A DNA stretch of 64,000 nucleotides from the human T2T-CHM13v2.0 reference genome, Homo sapiens: assembly GCF_009914755.1 (NCBI RefSeq), contig NC_060944.1; one strand, 5' to 3'. The position numbers were made by a program, and so were the translations under genes. Shown one piece after another: positions 18,913 through 39,133 of this stretch (the first letter of the stretch is position 1; every line of letters begins with the position of its first letter). The notes under the pieces are model-generated. The model was not told the DNA's origin and did not search any database. It worked only from the letters and a program-made list of their open reading frames with translations.

Positions 18913-20092
18913 GAAGCTCAGTAGTATCTCCGAATCAGCATGCCCTCCTTCCTAAATTGCAATTTGCCATTGGGGAGCTTTCATATATTGCTCTAGAAGG
19001 TGACTAATTAGGCCTTTAAACTCCCCGTCTCCCCCTCTCCAAGCTCCCTTAGTGCTGGGGGGCACACGGACTTATTTTATGAGCCCCCAAGGGGTCACAG
19101 CTTTCCCTGGCTGGGCAGGCAGCCAGACCACCTCCCCCACCTCAGCCAGACCTGCTGCCTCTGTGCCTCCCCCGCCCCCTGGCAGCCCCCTCCAGGCCAG
19201 CTCTAATGAGGAGCCTCTCCCACCCTCTGACCCCTCCCCCACCCTGCCAGCCTAGGACCAGAGCAAATGAGCTGCAGGCAACTTGAGCGACCAACAGCCC
19301 ACCTCCCTCTTCACACTAGGAAGAAACTGAGGCCCTGAGAGGGGGAGGGACTTGCTTAGATCACACAGCAAGTGGAGAGGAAAAGCTGCAACAGTAACAT
19401 TAGGTGGGCCGAGAGAGACAGAGGGGAGCAGGTAGTCTCTGGAGTTAATGAGGAGAATGAGGCATGTTCAGGACAGCATCTAAAGTTTTCATGTTGGAAG
19501 GGCTCTCAGAAACCACCCTGTCCAACCCCATATAGGTGTACAGATGGGAAAACGGAGACCCCAAGTGAGAAGGAGCTTTCCCAAGGTCATACTGCGAGTT
19601 AGGCCCTGGGTCTGCTCCCTCCCCATGTATCTGAACATCATTCCATGACTCCAAGATGCCCCATTTACTGTGTGCACCTCTCTTGCCTCCTCTATCCCCT
19701 TGCCTGAGGGCAAAGTTGCAGAAGCATGGGGACCTCAAGATTCATTTCTTTCTCTGCCGTCTGAGACCGCCTACAAACCTGTGGAGCTTGGAAAGTTCGG
19801 CCAGCCCAGCAGGTACAGATGCACAACTGAGCAATCAAGTCTCGGAATCTGGTCTCCAACTCTGCCACGAACTGGCAGGTCTTGTCTCTTCTCTAGGCTT
19901 TAGTGCCCACTCTGCACCTTGCAGGCGTTGGACCTGGTGCTTCCTAGGTGCCCTCCAGCCCTGATGTGTGGGCAGCCTAGGATCTGCTATGTGTGAGATA
20001 TGTGTCAGTGTCCCCAGACACCCACCCCGGGCCAGATGCACACAGTGTCTCCCACCAGGGCAGTGCCAGGGCTTTGAAAGCCCCTCCATTCA

Positions 20093-21150
<1,058 letters not shown>

Positions 21151-21201
21151 TGCTCCAGTTTTTTTTTCCCCCTAGTTTTGAATCCTTTCCAGTGAAAATA
21201 C

Positions 21202-21203
<2 letters not shown>

Positions 21204-21243
<40 letters not shown>
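21204..21243. repeat. (CA)20 microsatellite in the GDF5 promoter
   Basis: Read directly. Confidence 0.98.
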
Positions 21244-21249
<6 letters not shown>

Positions 21250-21674
21250 GGCCTGCAGGTGCTCAGAAAAATCTTTTACAAACCTGAACTCAGGAATTGG
21301 AAACGGAATTCCAACCCAAACCAATTTAATTACTCTCTGATGTCATGCTGTCTAAACTCATTTAAGTGCGATATATTTATGTGAAAAAAATCACCGCTGC
21401 CCTTTCGAGGCCATGGCTCACGGGGGCTCCTGGCACAGAGCCCTGCAGCGGGACTCTAGGCTTAGGGGGCCTCCCCCTCCACGGGGCAGACTCAGGGGTC
21501 TTCACCTCCACCTCATGGAGCAGCCCACCCCACTTTCCCGAGGAGAGATGCTGAAGAATGAGCTCAAAGATCTTAAGCCCCAGAAGCATGGGGAGTGTGG
21601 GTTTGTAGTTAAGTTCTTAGAGTGTTTTTAAAGCAGTTTCAACTCCTGCATCTAGTCTGGGACCTGATTTGTTA

Positions 21675-21676
<2 letters not shown>

Positions 21677-21727
<51 letters not shown>

Positions 21728-21779
21728 ATGTGTGCCTGTGTGTGTGTGTGCCTGTGTGTGTGTGTGCCTGTGTGTGTGT
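21677..21779. repeat. Interrupted (TG)n microsatellite
   Basis: Read directly. Confidence 0.98.
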
Positions 21780-22032
21780 ATTGGGAGTAGGGACAGCACA
21801 GATGGCAGCATTTACCCACATTTTCTTTTATTTTAATAAACTTGTGGTGACCCAGAGACTGAAAAATATCAGTGCCCACTACACCCCCTCCCTACCCCCA
21901 AATGCCATTGACTGAGTGCATATTCTTCAGGCTTGGGGGCACTGTCGCCCTTAAGTTCACTCCTTGGATGGCGGCAGGTCCAGGGTGTACCCCACCACCA
22001 CCCCAGCAGAGACGTCCTCTGAGTTTTCTTAG

Positions 22033-22299
<267 letters not shown>

Positions 22300-22758
22300 T
22301 AGCCAGGATGGTCTCGATCTCCTGACCTCGTGATCCGCCCGCCTCGGCCTCCCAAAGTGCTGGGATTACAGGCGTGAGCCACCGCGCCGGGCACAATTTC
22401 CCACATGATGTTTTTCTGGTAGCTCTGGAAGGTCTGAATTCCAGCTGAACTCAAGGGTTTCTTAAAGTGCCTCATTGAAGTATGGAAGATCCCTTCCTCT
22501 GGGGAACCTTCGCCGTAGAGCCCCTGGGCAACTTAACACAGGGTCAGCGGGGAAAGCTGTTCGCTTCACCTGAAATATCCTCCTCTCTCTCTCCCACAAC
22601 TGGAGGAAGCACTCTACATCCTGAGAAGTTTAGCTGAAAATTTACCTCCTTCGGGAAGCCTTTCCTCGTCCCCAGACAGAGCCAGTTACCCCTTCTGTAC
22701 ATTTCTCTACAACAACACTTTTCACGCTGTAAGAAGGATGGCGGGGGAGAAGCAATAG

Positions 22759-23088
<330 letters not shown>

Positions 23089-24099
23089 TAGCCGGGTGTG
23101 GAGGCAAAGGTTGCAGTGAGCCGAGATCGCACCACTGCACTCCAGCCTAGGTGACAGAGCTAGAGTCCATCACACACACACAAAATAAGTAAATAAATAA
23201 TATTAATAAAATAAAAAAATTAAAAACAGACTTGTTCCCACTGAACCAGTCCTCTCTGGCATCCCTCCCTTCACTCCCTCCTCACCACCTCTGTCACTGC
23301 CCTGTCCTCCTCATTGCTTGCCTCGCTATGATTCTCCCCTATAACTGGCTTCTAGGCCTCCAGGCTCTCTCTGGTTCAACCCTCTACTAAAAGCTACCCA
23401 TCAAACAAGTGCCAACCCACGTGCCACCTCCTCCATGAAGCCTTCTTGCATCCTCCAGAAAATGCACACTCCCCCTGAGCTGCCATCACACATTTTCTGT
23501 GCTCTTTTACATTTTTTGGCAGCTGAAAGTTTATTCAGTCTCTGCCTCTGCCCCCTATCCCAACACAGTTTGTTTCTTCCACTCTGTATTTTGTCATATT
23601 TTAAAATCATAACTTAATTCCTTATAACTATAATAATTTCTTTACATACCTGTCTCTCCCATTAGATTATGACTAGACTGTGCCATATTTATCTTTGAAT
23701 TATACCCAGTGCTTGGCAGAGGGCCCAGCCCACAGCAGCTCTCAGTACGTGTTATATGAATAAATTAATCTCTAACTGGCCCTTATTGACAAAAATCATC
23801 ATTTTCTACTTTGAGGTGTAGTTATTTGTGGACATAACCTGCCTTTCCCATTAGACTCTAAGTTTCTTGAAGGGAAGAATTGTCTTGCCACTTCTTAAGC
23901 ATTTTGTAAGCTCAGAGAGTGAATAAATGAATGAGTTGAACAACCACAATGTCTCTGTACGTGGCTTGATAAAGAGCAAGGATTCTGGAGACAAACAGAC
24001 CTGGTTTTGAAGCTTGGTTCTGCTATTTATGTATTGTGTGATCTTGGGAAGCCTCTAAACCCCTCTGAAACTCTAAACAGTGATAACGATAGTGCTTAC

Positions 24100-24255
24100 C
24101 TCACAGGACTCTTGTTGGAGATTCAATGAAGTAAATTGCGGCCAGGCGCAGTGGCTCACGCCTGTAATCCCAGCACTTTGGGAGGCCGAGGCAGGTGGAT
24201 CACGAGGTCAGGAGATCAAGACCATCCTGGCTAACATGGTGAAACCCTGTCTCTA
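24100..24255 (-). other. GDF5: Alu-derived non-coding exon of the long GDF5 5'UTR isoform
   Basis: Acceptor TTTTTAG|TAGAGAC and donor GAG|GTAAGC; 156 nt; downstream acceptor TTTTCAG| at 21014 (c.-241); agrees with recalled long-isoform numbering. Confidence 0.7.
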
Positions 24256-24302
24256 CTAAAAAAATAAATAAAATTAAATTGCATAAAGTGATCAACTATT
24301 AA

Positions 24303-24557
<255 letters not shown>

Positions 24558-24978
24558 TGATCTGCCTGCCTCGGCCTCCCAAAGTCCTGGGATTACAGGT
24601 GTAAGCCACCATACCCGGCCAATAATAGCTATTTTTTTTAAAGCACTTATTCCAGTCAACTAGACTCTGGGTTTTGTACTCCATTGCATTTATGTGTTAT
24701 TTATCTTCATGACAATGCTATGAAGGTAGTGGTTTTCATTGTTGTTTTTTGAGACAGGGTCTTACCTGTTGCCCAGGTTGGAGTGCAATGGCGTGATCAT
24801 GGGGCTCAGGTGATCCTCCCACCTCAGCCTCCCAAGTAGCTAGGACTACAGGTGCACATCACGATGCCCAGCTAATTTTTGTATTCTTTGTAGAGACAGG
24901 GTCTCACCATGTTGCCCAGGCTGGTCTCAAATTTCTGGGCTCAAGTGATCTGCCCGCCTTGGCTTCCCAAAGTGCTGA

Positions 24979-25272
<294 letters not shown>

Positions 25273-25580
25273 TAAGCTCAGAGAGTGAATAAATGAACGA
25301 GTTGAACAACCACAATGTCTCTGTATGTGGCTTGGCCTCCCCTAGTGCTGGGATTACAGGCATCAGCCGCCGTGCCCAGCCCGAAGGTAACTCTTGATAC
25401 CCGTCTTTTTTTTTTTTTTTTTTTTGAGACAGAGTCTTGCTCTGTCACTTAGGCTAGAGTGAAGAGTGCAGTGGCTCAATCTCAGCTCATTACAACCTCT
25501 GCCTCCCAGTTTAAGTGATTCTCCTGCCTCAGCCTCCCAAGTAGCTGGGACTACCGATGCGCACCAAGACGCCCGGCTAA

Positions 25581-25814
<234 letters not shown>

Positions 25815-26255
25815 TAATCTGGCCCCTAGAAACACTAGAAGTGATAGGGCACTGGGGAAAGTTACAGTATTCCTTTCAGTCAACGTCTAACCCAGTGGGC
25901 TGGGACTTTGGGGACATGGAGGAGTCTCGAGGCCAGGGCTATTGTTTGAGGAACAGGGAACTCCCAGAAATGGGCTGGGAGCAGGGAAAGGGGACTCTGA
26001 GCTTGGTTAGAAGGCCCTCTCCAGAGAGGAGCCCAGGGTTCCTGCCTGGCTCTCACTATAAAGGTGACTAATCACTTTGGTTCCCTCTGGTAATTGCAAC
26101 CAGATGCTGCCGCTGGCAGTGCTTCAGTCCCGACATGTTTAATTACTGGGACACAGCGTCCCTGGGTCCCCCGTGTCCCCCAACCTCCCCCTCTCCTGTC
26201 AGCAATATTAATGTCAAACTTGAGGTAGAGGATGGGAGCCTTGGGAAGCCACTGA

Positions 26256-26723
<468 letters not shown>

Positions 26724-27391
26724 TAAACAGTGAACTGAGTGATAATAATAATAATCCCTTTTTCAAGCACTTGTCAATTTTCAAAATGGCTTCCCATTCA
26801 TGATGCTATCCGAACCTCCCGAGATCTCTCCGGGAGTCAGTCCTGCACAGCACAGCAGCTGAGAGAACAGGCGCTGGGACCAGACAATGCAGTGTTCCAG
26901 TTCTGCCATTTGCCAATTGGGTGATGTTGGGTATTCATTTCTTTATCTACTTAACTATTCAGCAAACATTTATTGGGTGCCTACCATGGGATGGGCCCCA
27001 GGTAGAGTTCTGGGTATCTAGCCATGGACAAGACAAACCAAGTGTTTTATCTGAAATTTCTCTTATGCGTTTGTTTGTCTCTTCTCACATTCTGGTGGAA
27101 GAGACAGAGGAACAAACACGTAAGAGAATGCTAAGTGCTGTGAAGAAAAATTAAGCAGGGTCAAAGAGGTGTCTATTTTAGCAAGGAATGCCCTTTGAGG
27201 GGGTGATGTTTGGGCAGAGACCCAGATGTAGTGAGAAAACGAGACATACTGAAGTCTGGAGGACAAGCATTCCAGGTGGAGGGAACAGCAGTTGCAAAGG
27301 CCCTGAGGCCTTTGCACTTGGTACATCTGAGGTAAGGAGGAGCTGGTGTGGCTGAAGCAGAGTGAGCGAAGGGGGCAGTGGCAGGAGGTGA

Positions 27392-27829
<438 letters not shown>

Positions 27830-28270
27830 TGACTTCAGGTGATCCACCCGCCTCAGCCTCCCAAAGCGCTGGGATTACAGGTGTGAGCCACCGTGCCTGG
27901 CCTGGATTTTACTTTTAGTGCACTGGGAACCCAATGGGATGTTTTAAGCAGGAGAGTAGTGAAATAATGATTAAGAGCTAAGTCACTCACCTTCAAATCC
28001 TGGTTCCCCCCATTTATCAGCTATGTAATCTCAAGCAAATTATTTCATCTCTCCCTGCCTCAGTTTCCTCATGTATAAAATGGGAATAATAACGATATAC
28101 CTAGCTGGGCAAACCGGTAAAAACATACTTGGCTCACACCTATAATCTCAGCACTTTGGGAGTCTGAGATGGGAGGATTGCTTGAGCCCAGTAGTTCGAG
28201 ACCAGCCTGGGCAACATAGCAAGACCTGTCTCTATAAAAATAAAAAAAACTGGCCGGGTGCAGTGGCTCA

Positions 28271-28672
<402 letters not shown>

Positions 28673-28692
28673 CTACTAAAAATACAAAATTA

Positions 28693-29217
<525 letters not shown>

Positions 29218-29830
29218 TTATAAGAATTAATGTGTTTATATATGTAAAGTACCTTTCAATGACCAAAATACAGTATGTGCTTCATAAATTATAATTTTAT
29301 TTATTGCTTTTTTTTTTTTTTTTTGAGACAGGGTCTCACTCTGTCATCCAGGCAGGAGTGCAGTGGTGAGATCTCGGCTCACTGCAGCCTCGAACTCCTG
29401 AGCTCAAGTGATCCTCCCTTCTCAGCCTCCTGAGTAGTTGGGACTACAGGTGCAAGCCACTGCACCTGGCTAATCATAAATTACAGTTTTGTTTTGTTTT
29501 GTTTTTTTAAAAAAGATCCCACTGTTAATATTGTCCTTGTTTCATAAATGAGGAAATTAAGCCTCTGAGTAGTTAAGTGATCGGCACAAGTTCACACAGC
29601 TAAAGACGACCGAGCTAGAATTCAACCCAAGACCCTAATTCTGAATCCAGTGCCCTTCCCACGTAAAGAGAGGACTGACCACCCTACAGGTTAGGAGCTG
29701 GCAGGGAGGAAAGCCCAGAGTCCCTTCCCTTTTCATCTGTGCTCCTTCTAATCTGTGGGGACTGCCTGTCCCAACCCCTGAGAATCCCAGCAAGAGCAGA
29801 GCCGCCTCTGCCTACACTCACCCGCGCCGC

Positions 29831-30204
29831 AAACCTGGTTTCTTTTCTTTTCTTTTTTATTATTATTATACTTTAAGTTCTAGGGTACATGTGCACAGCA
29901 TGCAGGTTTGTTACATATGTTTTTTTTAAATTTTTTTATTATACTTTAAGTTCTAGGGTACATGTGCACAATGTGAAGGTTTGTTACATATGTATACGTG
30001 TGCCACGTTGGTATGCTGCACCCATTAACTCGTCATTTACATTAGGTATATCTCCTAATGCTACCCCTTCCCCCTCCCCCCACCTCACAACAGGCCCCGG
30101 TGTGTGATGTTCCCCTTCCTGTGTCCAAGTGTTCTTATTGTTCAATTCCCGCGTGTTCTCACTCATAGGTGGGAATTTAACAATGAAAACCTGGTTTCTT
30201 TTCT
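29831..30204 (-). mobile_element. 5'-truncated, 5'-inverted L1PA insertion with 18-bp TSD
   Basis: L1PA 3'UTR (CATGTACCCTAGAACTTAAAGTATAAT) on - strand; TSD AAACCTGGTTTCTTTTCT at 29831-29848 and 30187-30204. Confidence 0.92.
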
Positions 30205-31208
30205 AAACTCCGCAGCAGTGGCCACTGCTCAGGACGCGCTCTCAAGGGCTCCCCCTGCTGGGATACTCGGGAGCTGCACCTTGCTAGAGTTGAGTGTCTC
30301 TGGGCCTTCTGTCCATAAGTCAATCAAATTCCTTCCCTGGGCTGCAAATACCTGTACTACAATCTGAAGCTGGAAATTGTATGTGAGTGTTGCGTGTGTC
30401 TGTCTGTTGTGGGTAGAGGGGTGTGAATAAAATAACCACATGTTTTACATATTTATTCTAGAAAATATTTTTATTTTTAAAATAATTCTAAAACTTATAA
30501 AAAGTCATACATATTAGGAAGAAAAGTAATATGAATTCATGATTTTAAAAATTCAAACAGTAGAAAAGAATGCAAAAGAAAATATTTTCCTCCCACCCCA
30601 GACCCTGGGTCTTTCAGTCCTCCCCAGAAGCAACAACTCTGATCAGTCTCCTAGATGACTTTCCACACAATATAGTAACATCAGCTTTTTAAAAACTTTA
30701 TTAGGCAGGGCACGGTGGCTCATGCCTGTAATCCCAGCACTTTGGGAGGCTGAGGCGGGAAAACTGCCTGAGCCCAGGAGTTGGAGATCAGTCTGAGCAA
30801 CATGGCACAAGCCCGTCTCTATAAAATAAAAAAAAAAATTTAAACACCTTTTTATCGATGCATGATATTCATACCAAATATATTTGATTATAAAATTAAA
30901 TCATGTTCATTGTAAAAATATTCAAATAATACCAAAGTTTATAAAGTTAAAAGAGAAAGTTCCCCTCTCCCCTCACACCCCAATCTCTCTAATCACAGGA
31001 AACCTCTCTAATCACTGGAAACCTTGTTGTCATTCTTGAGCTCAGAAATCTCAGATCCTTGCTGGACTCCTCCACTCCTCCTTCCCTCCATCTAATTCTA
31101 ATTCCCACTTTGTGTATAAGAACCCTAGCTGGTAAGTACTGTTATCCCCATATTGCAGCTGAGGAATTTGAGGCTCAGAAAGGGAAAGAGGGTTGCTCAA
31201 GAACATAA

Positions 31209-31613
<405 letters not shown>

Positions 31614-33923
31614 TGACCAAGGGCCCATTTTTGAGGAAGGAGAGGACCTGGTCCTGTGGGAACTGTGACTGGACATCCTTTATTGCCCAAGCCCTGAGTG
31701 ATAGTGAAAAGATGTCATCCACTTCAAGAATCTCAAGCTTGGGTACGCTGGTCACTTCGAGACTGACTTAGTGAGTGAGAGGGGGCTAGGACTGGAATAA
31801 GAACTGCCTACTGAGGCGGGGTCAGGACCAGGGAGAAAATATCCAGCTGACAAAGGGAATCCAACTAGGGAGATTGACACAATTCAACCAGATGGTGGCA
31901 TCAGCAAGAGGAGTGTCCGGCATTCCTGACACATCCCATGCTCTAGCATGCTGCTGTGCCTTTGCACATGCTGCTTGGAATCCCCGCCACCACCCCACCC
32001 CTGCCACTTTGCTTAGCATTTTTTTTTGAGATGGGGTCTTGCTATGCTGCCCAGGCTGGTCTCAAACTCCTAAGCTCAAGAGGTTCTTCTGACTCAGCCT
32101 CTTGAGTGGGTGGGACTACAGCCACATGCCACCATGCCTGGCTTGTCTGCTTAGCATTTTTTTTTTTGAGACAGGGTCTTGCTGTGTTGCCCAGGTTGGA
32201 GTGCAGTGGCTTGAACACAGCTCACTGCAGCCTCAACCTCCTGGGCTCAAGCGATCCTTCCTACCTCAGCCTCCAGAATAGTTGGGACTACAGTAGTGCA
32301 CCACCACACCTGGCTAATTTTAGCGTTTTTATCCTTCACAAACAAGTCATAGTGGCCTGATGCTGTGTAGCCAGCTGCTCCCTCTTTATAGAATTTACTA
32401 CACTGTGTGTGTGTGAACTATTTCTTTACTTGCTTGCCTGCCATGTGAGTTTGTGAACAGAGGCTCTGGACAGAGTTCATTTATTATTGTTCTTTGGGTC
32501 CCTCCCAGTGTATAACTCAACTTTTGGCACACAGTAGGTGCTCAATCAATATTTTAAAAATAATGAATGAATGGAACTTCAGCGCAGCAGCTCAAGCCTA
32601 TAATCCCAGCACTTTGGGAGGCTAAAGTAGGAACATTGCTTGATGCCAGGAATTCAAGACCAACCTGGACAACACAGTGAGTCCCCATCTCTACAAAAAA
32701 ATTTTTAAACAAATTAGCCAGGACTGGTGGCACAGGCCTATAGTCTTAGCTACTCGGGAGGCTGAGCCAGGAGGATCGCTTGAGCCCAGGAGATTGAAGC
32801 TGCAGTGAGCTATGATCAAATCACTGCACTCCAACCTGAGTGAAAGAGCAAAACCCTGTCTCTTAAAAAAAAAAAAAGAGAGAGAGAGAGAATGGGCCGG
32901 GCGTCGCGGCTCACGCCTGTAATCCCAGCACTTTGGGAAGCCGAGGTGGGCGGATCACTTGAGGTCAGGAATTCAAGACCAGCCTCGCTAACATGGTGAA
33001 ACCCCATCTCTACTGAAAAAAAAAAAAAAAGCTGGGTGTGGTGGTGGTGGGCGCCTGTAATCCCAGCTTCTCAGGAGGCTGAGGCACGAGGATCACTTGA
33101 ACCCAGGAGGCGGAGGTTGCAATGAGCCAAGATCGTGCCACTGCACTCCAGCCTGGGCTACAAAGTGAGACTCTGTAAAAAAAAAAAAAAAGAATGGACT
33201 CAGAGGAACAGCAGCAAGAGACTATCGTTTTGGTGCTCCAGACTGTTACCTTGCAGTGAGAAAGAAAGAGGAAAGTGGTTGACTTTTTTTCCCTCTATTT
33301 TTCCCTCTCTGTCATCCTCAGCTCACTTTAGTCACTCAACATGTCTCCATGTTAACATGGAGAGGAAGATGGGGGTGGGAAAAGTCTTCTTTGAACCAGT
33401 GTAATAGCTGGCTTAGTGCTTTCTGGGCCTCGCAGATGTTTATAGCCATCTCTATCCATCATCAAAGCATCATGGGGTGCTTTTATACACTCTTCAGGGG
33501 TTCCCTACTGGCCCCTCTCCTGCAGTTCCCTTAGCAAAGGCATCTATTAATGGCCATTTGTCTAGCTTCTTGTTCCTGGGGTCCCTTTATACCTCCAGGA
33601 AGCCCTACTGAACAGGACCTAATAGTCAGCAGGCTTGTCTCTTCTTGCTAGAGTTCACAGGCAGGAAGCATATCCTGGTCACGATACTCCCTAAGTGCAA
33701 TGGTATGGATTCTGCATCTCAGATTCTCATGGAAGCCCCCTCTCCTAGTCACTTGGTTTGAGCGGTTAAAAGTAATGTCCTCTTAATCTTCCCCAAGGAG
33801 GAATGGGGACTCATAGCCAGAAATATCTCCACACAAATTATCTATCCTCCACCTGCAGACCCCTTTATATTGGGATAAGGGATTTAGGAACTTTCAAACA
33901 GATTTTAGACTAACAGAAAAAAA

Positions 33924-33925
33924 AT

Positions 33926-33988
<63 letters not shown>

Positions 33989-33995
33989 AATATAT
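33924..33995. repeat. (TA)n microsatellite
   Basis: Read directly. Confidence 0.97.
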
Positions 33996-34781
33996 ATGTA
34001 GTGATTTAGCACCTCATTTTGAAATTTCACATACATATATATATATATTTTTTAATTCAGTTAGTCCAGACGGCCTCTTGGCATGGGCTAGGAGGAATAT
34101 GTATAAATAATGAGCAAGGCTGGGTGTAGGAAAGATCCATATTATAGCCCTCAGAGAGGGTTTGAGTACAAGGCATATTTCTAGAGATGGAATTTAGGAT
34201 ATAAAGGAAGAAACCGTTCCCCTCACCTGGCAGGGACCAGGGTTGATTTTCTTTCAACTCATCCATTGCCTTTCCCTCCAATCCAGCCTCCTTTGAGAAC
34301 TCCCCAGTCTGGTTCATCAGACAGGTCTGAACATGATCAGACTTGAATTGTCTGGTTTAAGTCTTTATAGGACTCTTGGGCCCCAAGCCAGGTGATAGGT
34401 AGGAACACCTGTTTGTACGTCTCAAATGCTCCATGCAGTTTGCAGAATGCGTTTTTTTTCTGGTTTTTTTTCCTTTTTTTTTTTTTTTCGAGACAGGGTC
34501 TTACTCCTGTCACCCAGGCTAGAGTGCAGTAGGGCCATCACGGCTCATTGCAGCCTCGACCTCCTGGGCTCAAGCAATCCTCTCACCTCATTTTTTTATT
34601 TTTTTGTAGAGACAAGGTCTAACTATGTTGCCCAGGCTGGTCTCCAACTCCTGGGCCCAAGTGATCCACCTGTCTTGGCCTTCTAAAGTGCTGGGGTTAC
34701 AGGCGTGAGCCACTGCACCCAGCCATCTGCAGGTTGTGTAAGACTGATGTGGTGTACTCTTATGCCTACAGAACCACTAGG

Positions 34782-35050
34782 GCAGGGGTTTCTAATCCCC
34801 CAGGCCATGGACTACTATCAGTCTGTGACCTGTTAGGACCCTGGCAGCACAGTAGGAGTTGAGCAGATAAGCGAGCATTACCACCTGAGCTCCACCTCCT
34901 GTCAGTTCAGCAGCAGCATTAGATTCTCATAGGAGGCAAATCTTATTGAGACCTGTGCATGCAAGGGATCTAGGTTACACACTCATGAGAATCTAATGCC
35001 TGATGATCTGAGGTGGAAGTCTCATCTCAAAACCATTCCCACCCACCCCT
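34782..35050. mobile_element. MER1-like hAT-Charlie DNA transposon fragment
   Basis: CAGGGGT...CCCCAGGCCATGGAC and GCATTAGATTCTCATAGGAG...GAGAATCTAATGCCTGATGATCTG signatures. Confidence 0.75.
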
Positions 35051-35332
35051 GCCCATCCCTGTTTCACACACCAGCTAATTCCACTTTGGGCTTTGGCTCA
35101 GATAATATCCAGTTGTACTACATTATTATGTTTTAATACAATTTCCAACTTGTCCTTACTACATTGTATTATTATTCAATACTAGAACATAATCAATGCT
35201 CAATAAATGTCCACTGGGTAAATGAATAAATAAGGGAATGAATCCCCCTTTACAAACATCAAAGATTACTATTTGGTTTGGTATATCTTGGTAGTCTGAA
35301 ACCTGTTTACTCCTCATAGTCTTCTTCTTTGA

Positions 35333-35473
<141 letters not shown>

Positions 35474-35977
35474 TAGCTAATTTTATATTTTTAGTAGAGA
35501 TGGGGTTTCTCCCTGTTGGTCAGGATGGTATTGAACTCCCAACCTCAGGTGATCTGCCCACCTCAGCCTCCCAAAGTGCTGGGATTACAGGCGTGAGCCA
35601 CCGCACCCGGCCGACTCCTCATAGTCTTAAAAAATATTGTCTAGTTTGCTAATGGATGTTATGTCATTAAACTTTGTAACACTAGGGCTGACTTGATTCA
35701 TTCATTCAATGGACACTTACTTGATACCTACCATGTGTGTAAGACTGTGCTAAATCCCAGGAATAAGTCTCCTATCCACACAAAGCTTAAATTTTGGAGG
35801 GAATGTTAATAGGAAAACAAAATAATAAATGGAAAGTGCTATGAAAGAAACAGAAGACGGCCGGGTGCGGTGGCGCATGCCTGTAATGCCAGCATTTTGG
35901 GAGGCTGAGGCGGGCGGATCACGAGGTCAGGAGATCAAGACCATCCTGGCTAACACGGTGAAACCCCGTCTCTACTA

Positions 35978-36166
<189 letters not shown>

Positions 36167-36827
36167 CTAGAAAGTATAGGGTATTACTTTAGATAGCATG
36201 GTCAGGGAAGACCTAGTTGAGGAAGTATCATTTAAGCTGGGACCTGAAGGACAGGAAGGTACCAGCTAGGCCAAGAGCTGGGGGAAAAGTGGTCTAGGTA
36301 GCTGGCATAGTGTATGCAAACGCCCTGAGGCAGAAAAGAGCTTGATGTGCATAATATTTAGATTGTTTCATTTGTATTTCAAATATTGTTGCAGTGAACA
36401 TTCAAGCACAATGCCTGTTGTGGGATTATTTCCCTAGGATGGAATCCCACACCACTGCTTCTTTGCATCGTTTTCTCTGTCTAGTGCCTGGAGATGTTCC
36501 TTTTCCCCTCTCTAGATAGTTTGCCTTTCAGAATCCGTGTCCTTCCTTCCCCTTTTACTCTCCACTTTCTCTATTTCTCAAATTAGCTATTAAGATCTTT
36601 TTTGTGTTCTTACAGGAGAAAGATAAAATATAGCTTTTAAGCGTTCCTTTCTCAGGTTACCTTTGGCTGTGGATTAACCTGAAGCCTTGCTGTTTCACTC
36701 GAGCTATCCACTCATTCACCCATTCACTCAGCACTTATTGAGCACCTATTTTGTACCAGGCCTTGTGCTGAGCGCTATAGTCAGATGACCAAATTACAGT
36801 CTCTACGCTCAAGCTCACAATCTCATG

Positions 36828-36995
36828 CAGCGCTTCCTAAAACGTGTTCCCAATTATCAGAATCACCCTGGGTACTTTCTAAAATGCAGATTCCTGGACT
36901 CCACCCCCGGTTTAGGGATTCTCTGGGGGTGGAAACCAAGAGTCTGCATTTACCAGTTTTGTTTTTAATTCCTACTAAAAATTGAGAACCACTGA
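36828..36995. mobile_element. MER5-like DNA transposon
   Basis: ATCAGAATCACC...AAAATGCAGATTCCTGG...TTGAGAACCACTG. Confidence 0.75.
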
Positions 36996-37133
36996 GTGCA
37001 AGAGTGAGGCAGGTAAATGGAGTTTACAACTCTAAGAAAGTGCATTAACAATTTATACACAAGGCCGGGCGCGGTGGCTCACGCCTGTAATCCCAGCCCT
37101 TTGGGAGGCCGAGGCGGGAGGATCACGAGGTCA

Positions 37134-37375
<242 letters not shown>

Positions 37376-37559
37376 CTACAGGAATAACGCATGGGTCCTA
37401 TTGGGAAGAAAAAGTTCTCTAGAAGTCAGGCTTAAGCAGAACTGCAGCTCCGGGACGGATTAAGTCAGGTAAAGGTAACACTCTGTGCAGAGACATGCAG
37501 ACAAAACCGAGTGTTGAGTAAGTAACTCGCCTGTAAGTGTTATGCTGCCTGAAGCTTCT

Positions 37560-39133
<1,574 letters not shown>

